A DNA stretch of 61,230 nucleotides, the filler included. It is 6 parts of 6 records of this genome, joined end to end, with 100 filler letters (N's around TTAATTAATTAA, not from the genome) between each part and the next. Parts side by side here need not be neighbours in the genome. Positions count along the whole stretch, not along the records: positions 35,651 to 42,955 come from SRR31156797_17007; positions 43,056 to 51,905 come from SRR31156797_17009; 4 more parts are not named here. One strand, written 5' to 3'. The first letter of the stretch is position 1; each line of letters begins with the position of its first letter. Below the pieces are notes generated by a model. The model saw only the letters and a list, made by a program, of their open reading frames with translations, was not told the DNA's origin and ran no database searches. Position numbers and translations under genes: made by a program. Shown one piece after another: positions 41,350 to 52,005 of this stretch.

Positions 41350-41561
41350 GTCCTACCTCCAATTGTGTTGGTTGGTCCAAAGTTTTATTTCACAATCGCC
41401 CTTTAGAGTCAAGGCAATTCAATTAAAACCGCCAGAAAAAGCCGGAAAAAAACAACTATATAGTATTGAATTATATTGATTTTTTATTGTAACCCCTTTG
41501 AACGCTTCCAAGGGGGCCAATTCCGGCTTTTTGGCGATAAAACAGCTCATTTTCACTGATT

Positions 41562-42746
41562 TCAATTACTGCCGTCGGTCAGGCTTCTTATCAGCGCGGG
41601 AATTACCTCGTATAAATCGCCGACAAGAGCAAAATCCGCCACATCAAAAATGGCGGCGGCCGGATCGTTATTTATGGCCACGATAAAATCGGAAGATTGC
41701 ATTCCAACCAGGTGCTGGACCGCGCCCGAGATACCGCAAGCGATGTACAGACGCGGGGCCACGGTTTTACCTGTCTGGCCGACCTGATGAGCGTAAGATA
41801 TCCATTCGGAATCAACCGCCCCCCTGGAAGCTCCGACAACGCCGCCGAGCAAATCGGCCAGTTGTCCAAGCAGGCCAAATCCTTCGGCCGATCCAAGTCC
41901 CCGGCCGCCGGCGACAATAATTTCCGCTTCGGCCAGGTTAATTTTATCGGCCAGTTCCTGTATGCTATCCAGAATTCTGGTTTTTCCGACAAGGTTGTAG
42001 CCTTTGACGTTTATATCGACTATCTCTCCGCTTCTTCCTTCTTCAGGCGGCAGAGGGCGCATGACCTTGGGTCGGACCGTGGCCATTTGGGGTCTGTGGG
42101 TCGGGCACAGGATCGTGGCCATGATATTGCCGCCAAAGGCGGGACGCGTCTGCATAAGAACCCGGTCTTCCATACGAATGTCCAGGCCGGTGCAGTCGGC
42201 GGTCAAGCCGGTGTCCAGGGCGTTGGCCACGCTGGGAAAAAATGATCGTCCCATAGCCGTGGCGCCGCAAAGAACTATTTCAGGTTTATGCTCCCGGATG
42301 AGGTTTTGAAGGAGTTCGCCGTAAAGATCGTCGGTAAACCATTCAAGGGAGGAGTCGTCGGCGACATAGACCTTATCTGCTCCCCGGGAGATCAGACTTT
42401 GCGCCTGGTCTTTGACATCATTGCCGAAAAGTACGGCTGACAGGGAACACCCCAATTTATTCGCCAGTCTGCGGCCTTCCCCCAAAAGTTCGAAGGCGAC
42501 GCCTGCCAGCGTCCCTTTTCGTTGCTCCGCGAAAACCCAGACGCCTGAATAGCCTTCCTGGACTTTTGCGGCCGCCTTTTCTATGATTATGGCTTCGACC
42601 GGACATGCATCCACGCAGGCGCCGCAGAGGTTGCATTTTTCATTCGGTACGGCCAGTTCGTCAATAACTTCAATGGCGTCAAACGGACATACTTCCACGC
42701 ACGCTTCACAGGCGGTGCACAACTCCGCATTGATATTAATACTCAT
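41562..42746 (-). CDS. etfA: Electron transfer flavoprotein alpha subunit with N-terminal 2x[4Fe-4S] domain
   Basis: Two CxxCxxCxxxCP motifs; [24 protein letters not shown]. Confidence 0.93.
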   Translation of the reverse strand: MSININAELCTACEACVEVCPFDAIEVIDELAVPNEKCNLCGACVDACPVEAIIIEKAAAKVQEGYSGVWVFAEQRKGTLAGVAFELLGEGRRLANKLGCSLSAVLFGNDVKDQAQSLISRGADKVYVADDSSLEWFTDDLYGELLQNLIREHKPEIVLCGATAMGRSFFPSVANALDTGLTADCTGLDIRMEDRVLMQTRPAFGGNIMATILCPTHRPQMATVRPKVMRPLPPEEGRSGEIVDINVKGYNLVGKTRILDSIQELADKINLAEAEIIVAGGRGLGSAEGFGLLGQLADLLGGVVGASRGAVDSEWISYAHQVGQTGKTVAPRLYIACGISGAVQHLVGMQSSDFIVAINNDPAAAIFDVADFALVGDLYEVIPALIRSLTDGSN

Positions 42747-42955
42747 TTTTCTTCACCAATGCCCAGGATTTTATTTTGTTTAAGAAGAGATAAAAGCATG
42801 CCGGCCTGCTCGTCGGGCGAGCCTTCAATCACTGTCTTGCTTCCCCTCCCCTGGGGAGCGAAAACCTCTATCACCTGCGTGGGAGAACCGGCCAGGCCGA
42901 TGCTGTCCGGATCAGCGTTGATATGTTCAGCGTCCATAACAGGGACTTCCATTTT
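42743..42955 (-). CDS. etfB: ETF beta subunit C-terminus (5'-truncated)
   Basis: IGLAGSPTQV motif; 4-nt overlap with etfA. Confidence 0.85.
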   Translation of the reverse strand, partial: KMEVPVMDAEHINADPDSIGLAGSPTQVIEVFAPQGRGSKTVIEGSPDEQAGMLLSLLKQNKILGIGEEK

Positions 42956-43055
42956 NNNNNNNNNNNNNNNNNNNNNNNNNNNNNNNNNNNNNNNNNNNNT
43001 TAATTAATTAANNNNNNNNNNNNNNNNNNNNNNNNNNNNNNNNNNNNNNNNNNNN
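42956..43055. other. Artificial contig linker
   Basis: N-run + TTAATTAATTAA + N-run. Confidence 0.99.
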
Positions 43056-43715
43056 ATTGCACATCAATGGAGACAACCTTTATCTACAATAAGTACTTGT
43101 GCAAGTGGAGTAAAACTAAAAAAAGAGATAGAAGGAAAAATTGATGAAGAGTTTTTAGATGAATCTATGGACTTAGTAATAAAATCTTCACAATACCTAT
43201 CAAATACAATTGATGACTTTACAAACTACATAAAAGGAACAAATGAAAAAGAAAACTTTACTTTAAATGAGATGATATACAAAAGTATAGATTTGATTAA
43301 AAGCTCTTTAGATTTTCATCATATCACAATAATAGAATCACTAAATGATATTGAAGTTTTAGGATATAAAAGTGAACTTATACAATGTATTATAAATATT
43401 TTAAATAATGCAAAAGATGAACTTAAAAAATCAAATAAAGATAGATATATTTTCATAAGTACCATTATAAAAAAAGAGTATGTTATTATAAAAATCAAAG
43501 ATAATGCAGGTGGGGTACAAGAAGAGATAATCAATAAAGTTTTTGAACCATACTTTACAACAAAACATAAATCACAAGGTACAGGATTGGGACTTAGTAT
43601 GAGTTACAATATGATACAATCAATGAAAGGTTCATTAGAAGTTTCAAATGAAGAGTTTAAATATAAAGGAGAAAGTTATAAAGGTGCTATTTTTTCTATA
43701 AAATTACCTAGGTAA
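43056..43715 (+). CDS. Sensor histidine kinase C-terminus (5'-truncated)
   Basis: IAHQWRQPL H-box at contig edge (Campylobacterota type); DNAGG, FEPYFTTK, GTGLGL. Confidence 0.93.
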   Translation: MAHQWRQPLSTISTCASGVKLKKEIEGKIDEEFLDESMDLVIKSSQYLSNTIDDFTNYIKGTNEKENFTLNEMIYKSIDLIKSSLDFHHITIIESLNDIEVLGYKSELIQCIINILNNAKDELKKSNKDRYIFISTIIKKEYVIIKIKDNAGGVQEEIINKVFEPYFTTKHKSQGTGLGLSMSYNMIQSMKGSLEVSNEEFKYKGESYKGAIFSIKLPR

Positions 43716-43720
43716 ATATT

Positions 43721-46525
43721 ATGAATATTCTCAATAAAATTTTAAACCAAATAAAAACAATACTTTTTATATTTACACTGTTTTTAATATTAACATTAAT
43801 TGTTTTTGACGCTTATAATTTTCATCAAAAAATTAGTAACGATTTTGAAAACAATATAAAAGAGAGAATAAAAGAAGTAGAGTATCAACTTAATACCCAT
43901 ACAAAAGATTCAGAAAAACTCCTTAAGTATATAAATAAAACCTTCTTTTCTTTGAAAAATAAAAAAGAACAAAAAGAGCTTTTATTTTATATTGCATCTT
44001 TAAATCAAAACTTCATGCAACTAAGATATATTGATGACTTAGGTAATGAGATAATTAGAGTTAATAGAGATAAAATAAATGGCTTAACATATCAAGTAAA
44101 AGAAAAAGATTTACAAAATAAATCTTCTAGAGATTATTTTAAAGATGATAGAAATAAAAACAAAAATAAAGTTTGGTTTTCAACAATTGATTTAAATATA
44201 GAAAATGACAAAATACAAACACCCTTTACCCCAACCATAAGAGCAATACTCCCTATTTATGTTAATAAGCAATTTAAAGGATTGTTTGTAATAAACTATT
44301 TTATGGAAAATTTTTTATCCAAAATTCTAAATTCATCTTTATATAATACTATATTGATAAATAAAAAAGGTGAAGTTTTACTTCATCATCAAAATAGGTA
44401 TTCTTGGAGTAAATATAAAAATGTTAACCAATCTATAAAATATTTTTATCCTGATATTTATAAAAAAATATTAAAACAAAAATATTTTAGTGATAATAGT
44501 GTTATCTCAAAAAGATTAAACATAATGATACAAAAAGATTTGATTCTTGTTGTTTCATCTAAAAAAGACAATGTTTACCTTTATAAAAATTACTACATAA
44601 AATTGTTTATATTGGCACTTTTAGGGTTATTAATTGCATATTTTGTATCAAATAAGATTTCATCAATGATAAAATCTTTACTTGAAAACTATCTTAAAAG
44701 GATAGAGAGACAAAACATACAACTAAAAAATCTTGTATCTGATTTAGAACATGAACGAAATAAAACAAAACAAGCCTATGAAAAAGTTCTAAACTCAGAA
44801 CAAGAACTTATAAAAACCAAAGAAAAGCTCGTAAATCTAAATAATGTAAAATCAGAGTTTTTAGCCAACATGAGTCATGAAATGAGAACTCCTCTTGTTG
44901 GAATCATTGGAATTACTGATATTTTAATAGATGAAAGTAAAGAAAAAACTCAAAAAAAATATCTAAACATAGTAAAAGAATCCTCTGAAACTTTAAAAAA
45001 TATTATAAATGAAATTCTTGATTTATCGAAAATTGATGCAGGGAAAATGCAAATAGTAGAACAAGAGTTTCTAGTATCAGACTTAGTTAAAAATATAAAA
45101 AACTTATTTTTGCTTCAAACACAAAAGAAAAATCTAAATTTAAATATTTCTTATGAAGAAAATATTGACAATGTTTTAGTTGGTGATAAGCTAAGGGTAC
45201 TTCAAGTATTAACAAATATAGTTGGAAACTCTATAAAGTTTACTAATAAGGGTGAGGTTTCATTAAGAATAGACCTCTTATCAAAAGATAAAGAAAAAAT
45301 GAAATTACAATTTTTAGTAGAAGACACCGGTATTGGATTAAATAAATATATTCAAGAAAATCTTTATACTTCATTTGTACAAGCAGAAGAAGTAAATAAT
45401 AAAACCCATGAAGGAACAGGTTTAGGTTTAACTATAAGTAAAAAATTAGTTGATTTGATGGAGGGTAAGATAACTTTTGAAAGTGAAGAAAATAAAGGTA
45501 CTAAATTTTTTGTTACACTTGATTTCAAATATATTCCTAAAAAAAATAAAATAAAAAAGAAAGATGAAAGTAGATATTTATTAAAAGAAAAAAAGAATGC
45601 ACTACTTATAGAAGATATAAAAACAAATCAAATAGTAACATCTAAAATATTGGAAAACCTTGGGTTTGAAGTTGATATTGTAAATAGTGGTATTAAAGGG
45701 ATAAAAAGCTTAGAAAACAAAAAATATGATATCTTGTTTATGGATATTTATATGCCTAAACTTAATGGTTATGAAACTACTAAAAAAATAAGAGAAAAAG
45801 ACAAACAGACAATTATAATAGGACTTTCAGCTGCATCAATGCAAAAAGATAAAGAAGAATCATTGGCAGTTGGAATGAATGATTATTTGATAAAGCCCTT
45901 AGAACTCTCACATTTAAAGGAAGTATTAAATAAATACTTTGAGATTGAAGATATTAAAATAAAAAAGAAAAAAACAAGTGAAAAATTAACTCTAAAATAT
46001 TTTAAAAAAGAACTAGGATTAACAAACTATGACTTAAACAATATTTTTACTGAGTTTTTAAATTACTCTAAAGATATAAAAACATATTTAGATGAAACAA
46101 ATATAAACTCAAAGGAATTTGATAGTTTTATTCATAAACTTAAAAGTTTAACAGGGAATATAAAATTAAATAAGATGTATGAACTTTGTATAAAAATAGA
46201 AAATACACAAAATAAAAAGGAGAAAAAAACCTTTTTGAAAAAATTAAGAACAGAAATAAAAGATTTTGAAGAAAAAATACAATTGAAATTTCTTCCAAAG
46301 CTTCAAAAAGAGTTTAAACCTCTTGAAAAAAAAGAACTTGAACAACATATTAAAAGTTTGATTATAGATTTAAAAAATAATTCTTATATAAAACAAGAAA
46401 AAATTGATATATTAATCATCTCTTTAAATAATACAGAATATAAAAGTCATATTGACAATATTAAAGAATATTTTTCAAACTACGAGTATAAAAAACTAAC
46501 GCAAATACTAAATAAAATAATATAA
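43721..46525 (+). CDS. Hybrid histidine kinase (Cache-like sensor, HisKA, HATPase, REC, Hpt-like)
   Basis: FLANMSHEMRTP, GNSIKFT, GTGLGL, FMDIYMP, HKLKSLTGNI. Confidence 0.92.
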   Translation: MNILNKILNQIKTILFIFTLFLILTLIVFDAYNFHQKISNDFENNIKERIKEVEYQLNTHTKDSEKLLKYINKTFFSLKNKKEQKELLFYIASLNQNFMQLRYIDDLGNEIIRVNRDKINGLTYQVKEKDLQNKSSRDYFKDDRNKNKNKVWFSTIDLNIENDKIQTPFTPTIRAILPIYVNKQFKGLFVINYFMENFLSKILNSSLYNTILINKKGEVLLHHQNRYSWSKYKNVNQSIKYFYPDIYKKILKQKYFSDNSVISKRLNIMIQKDLILVVSSKKDNVYLYKNYYIKLFILALLGLLIAYFVSNKISSMIKSLLENYLKRIERQNIQLKNLVSDLEHERNKTKQAYEKVLNSEQELIKTKEKLVNLNNVKSEFLANMSHEMRTPLVGIIGITDILIDESKEKTQKKYLNIVKESSETLKNIINEILDLSKIDAGKMQIVEQEFLVSDLVKNIKNLFLLQTQKKNLNLNISYEENIDNVLVGDKLRVLQVLTNIVGNSIKFTNKGEVSLRIDLLSKDKEKMKLQFLVEDTGIGLNKYIQENLYTSFVQAEEVNNKTHEGTGLGLTISKKLVDLMEGKITFESEENKGTKFFVTLDFKYIPKKNKIKKKDESRYLLKEKKNALLIEDIKTNQIVTSKILENLGFEVDIVNSGIKGIKSLENKKYDILFMDIYMPKLNGYETTKKIREKDKQTIIIGLSAASMQKDKEESLAVGMNDYLIKPLELSHLKEVLNKYFEIEDIKIKKKKTSEKLTLKYFKKELGLTNYDLNNIFTEFLNYSKDIKTYLDETNINSKEFDSFIHKLKSLTGNIKLNKMYELCIKIENTQNKKEKKTFLKKLRTEIKDFEEKIQLKFLPKLQKEFKPLEKKELEQHIKSLIIDLKNNSYIKQEKIDILIISLNNTEYKSHIDNIKEYFSNYEYKKLTQILNKII

Positions 46526-46587
46526 AACAATTTTTATAACATCTATGATATTATAAATGCTTCACTAAAATATAACAAAGGTATGAT

Positions 46588-47265
46588 TTGAACACTTACT
46601 CTATTCTAATTGCAGAAGATGAAGCTGTAACTCTTACCCTTATATCAAGTTCATTAGAAAAAGAATATAACATTTATAAAGCTAAAGATGGTGCACAAGC
46701 ATATGAACTTTATAATAGATTTAAACCCCAAATCATAATTTGTGATATAAATATGCCTAAAATAAATGGTATAGAACTTATAAATAATATTAGAAAAAAA
46801 GATTTAAATACTAAGATTATAATTACTAGTTTTAAAAATGATATTGAAACTTTGTTAAAAGCGAGTGAATTAAAACTTACAAAATATCTAATAAAACCTA
46901 TAAATCTTGATGAACTAAAAGATGTAATAAAAATTTCAATATCAGAACTAAACAACTATAATACAATCTCTTTGGAAAATATTTATATTACAAAAGAACT
47001 TATATGGAAAAGATACTCCTATGAACTTTATAACAAAGATAAACTTGTAAAACTTTCTCCTAAAGAGAAAAAAACCCTTGATTTATTATTGAAAAAACCA
47101 AATATGATTTTAACTTATGATGAAATCATCTCAAGTGTATGGGAAGATGATATATCAGGTGATAAAAATAGTTTAAAAACAATCATAACAGGAATAAGAA
47201 AAAAAGCTAAAGAGATAGATATAGAAAACAACTATGGTTTTGGATATAAAATAAATACAATATGA
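46588..47265 (+). CDS. OmpR-family response regulator
   Basis: IAEDE, CDINMP, KYLIKP; winged helix ending GFGYKI. Confidence 0.92.
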   Translation: MNTYSILIAEDEAVTLTLISSSLEKEYNIYKAKDGAQAYELYNRFKPQIIICDINMPKINGIELINNIRKKDLNTKIIITSFKNDIETLLKASELKLTKYLIKPINLDELKDVIKISISELNNYNTISLENIYITKELIWKRYSYELYNKDKLVKLSPKEKKTLDLLLKKPNMILTYDEIISSVWEDDISGDKNSLKTIITGIRKKAKEIDIENNYGFGYKINTI

Positions 47266-47357
47266 TTTAATAATTTTTTACTAATTATTATTTTCCTTAC
47301 CACTTCATAACAATTTCATTGTAAAATATATTAAAAATATTAATATTGAGGGAACTT

Positions 47358-49907
47358 ATGTTTAAAAATAAAAATAAACAAATATTATTTATAATATTTG
47401 TTTTTACATTATTTTTAATAATTTCACATTTTATAATAGATAAAATCTACTATAAAATAAGTCCTGAAGAACTTATTCTAAAAAATGCTCACAATACAGT
47501 TATTGAAAAAGAAAACTATTTTAAAAAATTTTTAAATGACTCGACAAATGATATAAAAGCATTAAGAGATTCAAAAGCTCTTGAAACTTATCTAAAAGAC
47601 CCTAGAAAAATAGATTCTTTAGAAGATTTATTTTTAACTATAACAAAATCAAACAAGAACTATTTTAAGATTAAATATATAGATGAGCATGGAAACGAAA
47701 TAATAAAAATAATAAGAACAAAAAAAGATTCAAAAGTAGCAATAAGTAAAAGTAAAGATTTACAAAATAAAGCAAATGAATATTTTTTTAAAGAAACAAT
47801 AATACAAAAATCAGAAGATATTTGGTTTTCTAGGCTTGAACTTAATATGGAAAATAATCAATTAGAAATCCCTTTTGTTCCAATAATTAGAGCTATCATG
47901 CCAGTAATTAAAAATAATCAAGTAAAAGGTATGATTATTATTACATATTTTGCAGAAGATTTAATTGAAAATTTAACAGAAGAAAATATATTTAAAATTA
48001 TCTTGGCAGATGAATTAGGTTTTATAATTTCACACTATGACAAAAATAAAGATTGGGGTTTTTATAAAAAAGAAAAATTTAATTTGCATAGAGAATTTAG
48101 TGATAATTATATAGATATAATATCAAATGAATCCCTCACAACTAAAAACTTTTATTCATATTTACTACATTTAGATTTATTTGACAATCTTTACATAGTT
48201 TTACAAGTGGACAAAAAGCTTTTAAAAGACAAACATAATACAGAGGTCAAAAAAGATGCACTTAAAATCTTTGTATTTATTCTTTTGTCTATGATATTTG
48301 GATTTTTAGTAATTAAAAGATTTGGAAATATTTTTGTTGATTTTGACAAACAAAAAGAGATTAACTATAGACAAGAGTTAGCTTCAAGCATAATCAATAT
48401 TGCATTTTGGGAATTTGAAAATAAAACTCAAAAAGTAATTTGGGGTCAAAATATGAAAACTATATTTGAGCCTGAAGAAAATAAAGATTTTACATATGAT
48501 GACTTTATTAACAGTCTTCCAAAAGAAGATAAAACAAAAGTAGAAGAAGAGTATTTTAATTCAATAAAAGAAAAAAGAGAATATTCAATTGAACATAGAG
48601 TAGTAACAAAAAATTCTGATTATAAATATGTACAAGCAAAAGGCATTCATTTTTATGATGAAAATGGAATTTATGAAAAAACTATTGGATGTACTTATGA
48701 TGTTACACAAAAATACTTAGCAGAGGAACTAAGTAAAACAATAAAAAAACAAAACCAAGAACTTCAAAAACTATTTGATAAATTTGATGAAAATGTTATT
48801 GCATCTAGCACAGACTTGTGTGGAATAATAACTTATACAAGTAAGGCATTTTGTGAAATTAGTGGATATACAAAAGAAGAATTATTAAATTCACCCCAAA
48901 ATATAGTGAGACACAGTGATACTCCTAAAGAGGTTTTCAAAGACTTATGGAAAACAATTCAAAGTGGTAATGTTTGGAATGGTGAACTTAAAAATATGAA
49001 TAAAAATGGTACACATTACTGGGTTAAGGCTATTATTTATCCAGAATTCAATGAAAACAATAAAATAACAGGTTATAGTGCAATAAGACAAGATATAACT
49101 AATAAAAAAGAGGTTGAAGAACTTCATAAAAATGTTAAATCTTCTATTGAAGTCGCTTCATTTATTCAACATTCAATCTTACCATCAAGAGAGTTTTTAA
49201 AATCATGCTTTACAGATAAGTTTGTGATTTGGGAACCTAAAGATGTTGTGGGTGGAGATATCTATCTATTAGAAAAACTAAGACATGATGATGAGTGTTT
49301 GCTTATGGTTATAGATTGTACGGGGCATGGTGTTCCTGGGGCATTTGTAACTATGCTTATAAAAGCAATAGAAAAACAAGTGTTACAAATATTTTTTAAC
49401 AACCCTGATTTAGAAGTAAGTCCTGCTGAGATACTAAAATATTTTAATATCACACTAAAATCAATCTTAAAACAAGAAGATAGAAACCTTGCTTCAAATG
49501 TGGGATTTGATGGTGGAATTTTGTATTATGATAGAACTAGAAAAATTTTAAGATATGCAGGTGCTTCAAACTCACTAATTTATTATAATAATGATAAACT
49601 AGATATTATAAAAGGAAATAGACAATCTATCGGATATAAAAATTCAAAAGTAGATTATGAATTTACAGACTACGAGTTTGAAGTTGACAAAGGTATGAAG
49701 TTTTATCTTTTTTCTGATGGTTATGTTGACCAGATTGGTGGAGAAAAACAAGTATCTTTTTCTAAAAAAAGATTTTTCGAAATAATTGATAAAAATAAAA
49801 CAAAAGATATGAATTCTCAAAAAGAGGTACTAATAGATGAATTAAAAAAATATCAAAATGGTTATGAAAGAATTGATGATGTAACTGTAATTGGTTTAGA
49901 GATTTAA
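47358..49907 (+). CDS. SiaA-like Cache/PAS/SpoIIE (PP2C) phosphatase
   Basis: PAS (SGYTKEEL...WNGELKN); VGGDIY, DCTGHGVPGAF, SDGYVDQIGG, DDVTVIG; start moved to ATG 47358. Confidence 0.88.
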   Translation: MFKNKNKQILFIIFVFTLFLIISHFIIDKIYYKISPEELILKNAHNTVIEKENYFKKFLNDSTNDIKALRDSKALETYLKDPRKIDSLEDLFLTITKSNKNYFKIKYIDEHGNEIIKIIRTKKDSKVAISKSKDLQNKANEYFFKETIIQKSEDIWFSRLELNMENNQLEIPFVPIIRAIMPVIKNNQVKGMIIITYFAEDLIENLTEENIFKIILADELGFIISHYDKNKDWGFYKKEKFNLHREFSDNYIDIISNESLTTKNFYSYLLHLDLFDNLYIVLQVDKKLLKDKHNTEVKKDALKIFVFILLSMIFGFLVIKRFGNIFVDFDKQKEINYRQELASSIINIAFWEFENKTQKVIWGQNMKTIFEPEENKDFTYDDFINSLPKEDKTKVEEEYFNSIKEKREYSIEHRVVTKNSDYKYVQAKGIHFYDENGIYEKTIGCTYDVTQKYLAEELSKTIKKQNQELQKLFDKFDENVIASSTDLCGIITYTSKAFCEISGYTKEELLNSPQNIVRHSDTPKEVFKDLWKTIQSGNVWNGELKNMNKNGTHYWVKAIIYPEFNENNKITGYSAIRQDITNKKEVEELHKNVKSSIEVASFIQHSILPSREFLKSCFTDKFVIWEPKDVVGGDIYLLEKLRHDDECLLMVIDCTGHGVPGAFVTMLIKAIEKQVLQIFFNNPDLEVSPAEILKYFNITLKSILKQEDRNLASNVGFDGGILYYDRTRKILRYAGASNSLIYYNNDKLDIIKGNRQSIGYKNSKVDYEFTDYEFEVDKGMKFYLFSDGYVDQIGGEKQVSFSKKRFFEIIDKNKTKDMNSQKEVLIDELKKYQNGYERIDDVTVIGLEI

Positions 49908-49917
49908 AAGGTAAAAA

Positions 49918-50460
49918 ATGAAAATAGATAATATAAGGAACATCCTAGATAACAAAGATATTGTGTTTATGTCATATGTTGGATTTATGTCACAAACTCT
50001 TTTGATAGGGATGATTGAATCTCTAGAAAAAGAAAAAGATTTTGCTGAAATTCCAAATAATATAGCACATGATTTATTTATAGTTTTTATTGAAATGACT
50101 CAAAATATAATAAAATATTCAAAGAATGAATCTGATGATAAAGATAAATTTAAATCAAGTGGACTAATCATAGTAGGTAAGAATGAAGATGAAAACTATT
50201 ATATTCACTCACAAAATATAATAGATAAGAAAGATATAGAAAAAATAAAAGATAGGATAGATGAAATAAAAAATCTAAACGAAACTGAAATAAAAAAACG
50301 GTATAAAGAATTAAGAAGAAGTGCAGCTAATCTTCATAATAATGGTGCTGGAATTGGTTTTTATGAAATTGCAAAAAGAGCTTTATACCTTGAATATGAA
50401 TTTGAAAAAATCAATGAAAATAAATTTAACTTTTTTTTCACAGTCGTCGTTAAATCATAA
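49918..50460 (+). CDS. siaB: SiaB-family protein kinase
   Basis: FIEMTQNIIKYS...GAGIGFYEIAK GHKL-like; lies between the PP2C and SiaC genes. Confidence 0.82.
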   Translation: MKIDNIRNILDNKDIVFMSYVGFMSQTLLIGMIESLEKEKDFAEIPNNIAHDLFIVFIEMTQNIIKYSKNESDDKDKFKSSGLIIVGKNEDENYYIHSQNIIDKKDIEKIKDRIDEIKNLNETEIKKRYKELRRSAANLHNNGAGIGFYEIAKRALYLEYEFEKINENKFNFFFTVVVKS

Positions 50461-50469
50461 AGGATTATT

Positions 50470-50850
50470 ATGGAAAATTTAATTATTAAAAGTACAAAAA
50501 ACACACCTGAAGTTAACTTTGACTTCAACTCTGGTATTTTTACTATTAGTGGAAACTCTTACCCTGAAAACACTTTAGAGTTTTATGAAAGGATACTAGA
50601 TTGTTTAGAAGAATATTTTAATACTACTTCAAACAAAGAAATAGAACTTAATATAGAAATAATATATTTTAACTCAAGCAGTTCAAGAGTTTTTTTTGAG
50701 ATTTTTGATTTATTAGAAGAAGTTTCTACAAAAATAAATATAAAAATAAACTGGGTTTATGAAAAAGACAATGAAAGTGTTATCGAAATAGGTGAAGACT
50801 TTAAAGAGGATTTTGAAAAATTGAATTTTAATTTTGTAGTAAAACAATGA
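50470..50850 (+). CDS. siaC: SiaC (DUF1987) regulatory phosphoprotein
   Basis: TPEVNF, GNSYPEN, YFNSSSSR, GEDFKED. Confidence 0.88.
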   Translation: MENLIIKSTKNTPEVNFDFNSGIFTISGNSYPENTLEFYERILDCLEEYFNTTSNKEIELNIEIIYFNSSSSRVFFEIFDLLEEVSTKINIKINWVYEKDNESVIEIGEDFKEDFEKLNFNFVVKQ

Positions 50851-51755
50851 GAGACACTAAAGAAAAAAGAATAATAGAACATAGCGAAGAGATTGCAAAA
50901 GAACTTAAAAAAGTTTATCTAGAAGGTATTGGTATTGATGAGTACCAAAAACTTCTTAATGAATATAAAAAGTTATTTAAAAGATATGAAAAAACAATAA
51001 AATTATCTGACAATCTTGGTAATTCTATTATGGAACAAAATGACAATTTAAGTGATACATTACACTATACAATTAGTAAGGCTAGAAATAAACTTCAAGA
51101 GAATGTGGAAGAACATAAAAAAACAAAACTTGTTTCCATAAATTATAAAGAAAAAATAATAGAATATCAAAAAGCATTAACTGAAACTGTTAATGAAAAA
51201 ATAAGACTACAAAAGAAGCTAAATATCTATCTTAAGAACTTTGGGGAGATAAAACATCAATTTGACGAAAAAATATTAGAAGAAAATGATTTTAAGTCAT
51301 TGAAAGAAAAAGTTAATCCCAAAAATTATTTAAACCTAGATATAAAAAAACTTCTTTTTATAGAAGTGAAAAAGAATAACACTCCTCAAACACTTGTAAA
51401 ACTAAAACTAAATCGTTTTGAAGAGATAATTGATATAGTTAAACAATCAAGTTCATTAGAAAGTTTTTTTAAAAATATTTATAAATTTATTGAAAATAAT
51501 TTTAATAATGAAATTATAGTTTTTTATGAAGAACCTGTGTATTTTTACCTTCTTCTAAACAATAAGACTACAAACGACATTTCAAAACAACTTGTTACAT
51601 TAAATAACAAAAGGAATATCTATAATCATGAGATATATTTTACAATAGCAGGGACAACATTTAACAAAGAAAATGATACGATTGATACATTTTTGGATAG
51701 ATGTGACAAAGCTTTTGAAGAGGCTGTCAAAACAAATAATATTGTATTAATTTAA
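50847..51755 (+). CDS. SiaD-position coiled-coil protein with degenerate GGDEF-like domain
   Basis: N-terminal coil (LLNEYKKLFKRYEKTIKLSD); C-terminal FTIAG...FLDRCDKAFEEAVK; no GG[D/E]EF. Confidence 0.65.
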   Translation: MRDTKEKRIIEHSEEIAKELKKVYLEGIGIDEYQKLLNEYKKLFKRYEKTIKLSDNLGNSIMEQNDNLSDTLHYTISKARNKLQENVEEHKKTKLVSINYKEKIIEYQKALTETVNEKIRLQKKLNIYLKNFGEIKHQFDEKILEENDFKSLKEKVNPKNYLNLDIKKLLFIEVKKNNTPQTLVKLKLNRFEEIIDIVKQSSSLESFFKNIYKFIENNFNNEIIVFYEEPVYFYLLLNNKTTNDISKQLVTLNNKRNIYNHEIYFTIAGTTFNKENDTIDTFLDRCDKAFEEAVKTNNIVLI

Positions 51756-51846
51756 AAGAAAACACATTATTACATAAATACAGACAACTAAGAGTACCTC
51801 TTTTAGTACCCTCCAGCAAAATCAGATTTTAAGAGTGCCGATTTTA

Positions 51847-51905
51847 TGGCGACCCCGAGAAGATTCGAACTTACTGTCTTCAGGAGGAAATCCTGACGTC
51901 CTTGG
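51847..51905 (-). tRNA. tRNA-Glu(TTC) 3' fragment, possibly degenerate; truncated at contig end
   Basis: Reverse complement ccaaggacg-TCAGG-atTTCct-CCTGA...GTTCGAATC...GGGGTCGCCA. Confidence 0.7.
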
Positions 51906-52005
51906 NNNNNNNNNNNNNNNNNNNNNNNNNNNNNNNNNNNNNNNNNNNNTTAATTAATTAANNNNNNNNNNNNNNNNNNNNNNNNNNNNNNNNNNNNNNN
52001 NNNNN
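51906..52005. other. Artificial contig linker
   Basis: N-run + TTAATTAATTAA + N-run. Confidence 0.99.

Noticed and set aside
41450-41490. AT-rich AACTATATAGT palindrome as a possible NrdR box
   Set aside because: Poor match to the NrdR consensus, single copy, and not upstream of a ribonucleotide reductase
35813-42309. Many long plus-strand ORFs (e.g. 37160-37981, 39390-40205)
   Set aside because: Antisense shadows of well-recognised GC-rich housekeeping genes
7316-52005. Five identical TTAATTAATTAA motifs within N-runs, with sharp GC and taxon shifts
   Set aside because: Artificial contig-joining linkers; adjacency across them (for example phage next to PUL) says nothing about prophage integration or HGT
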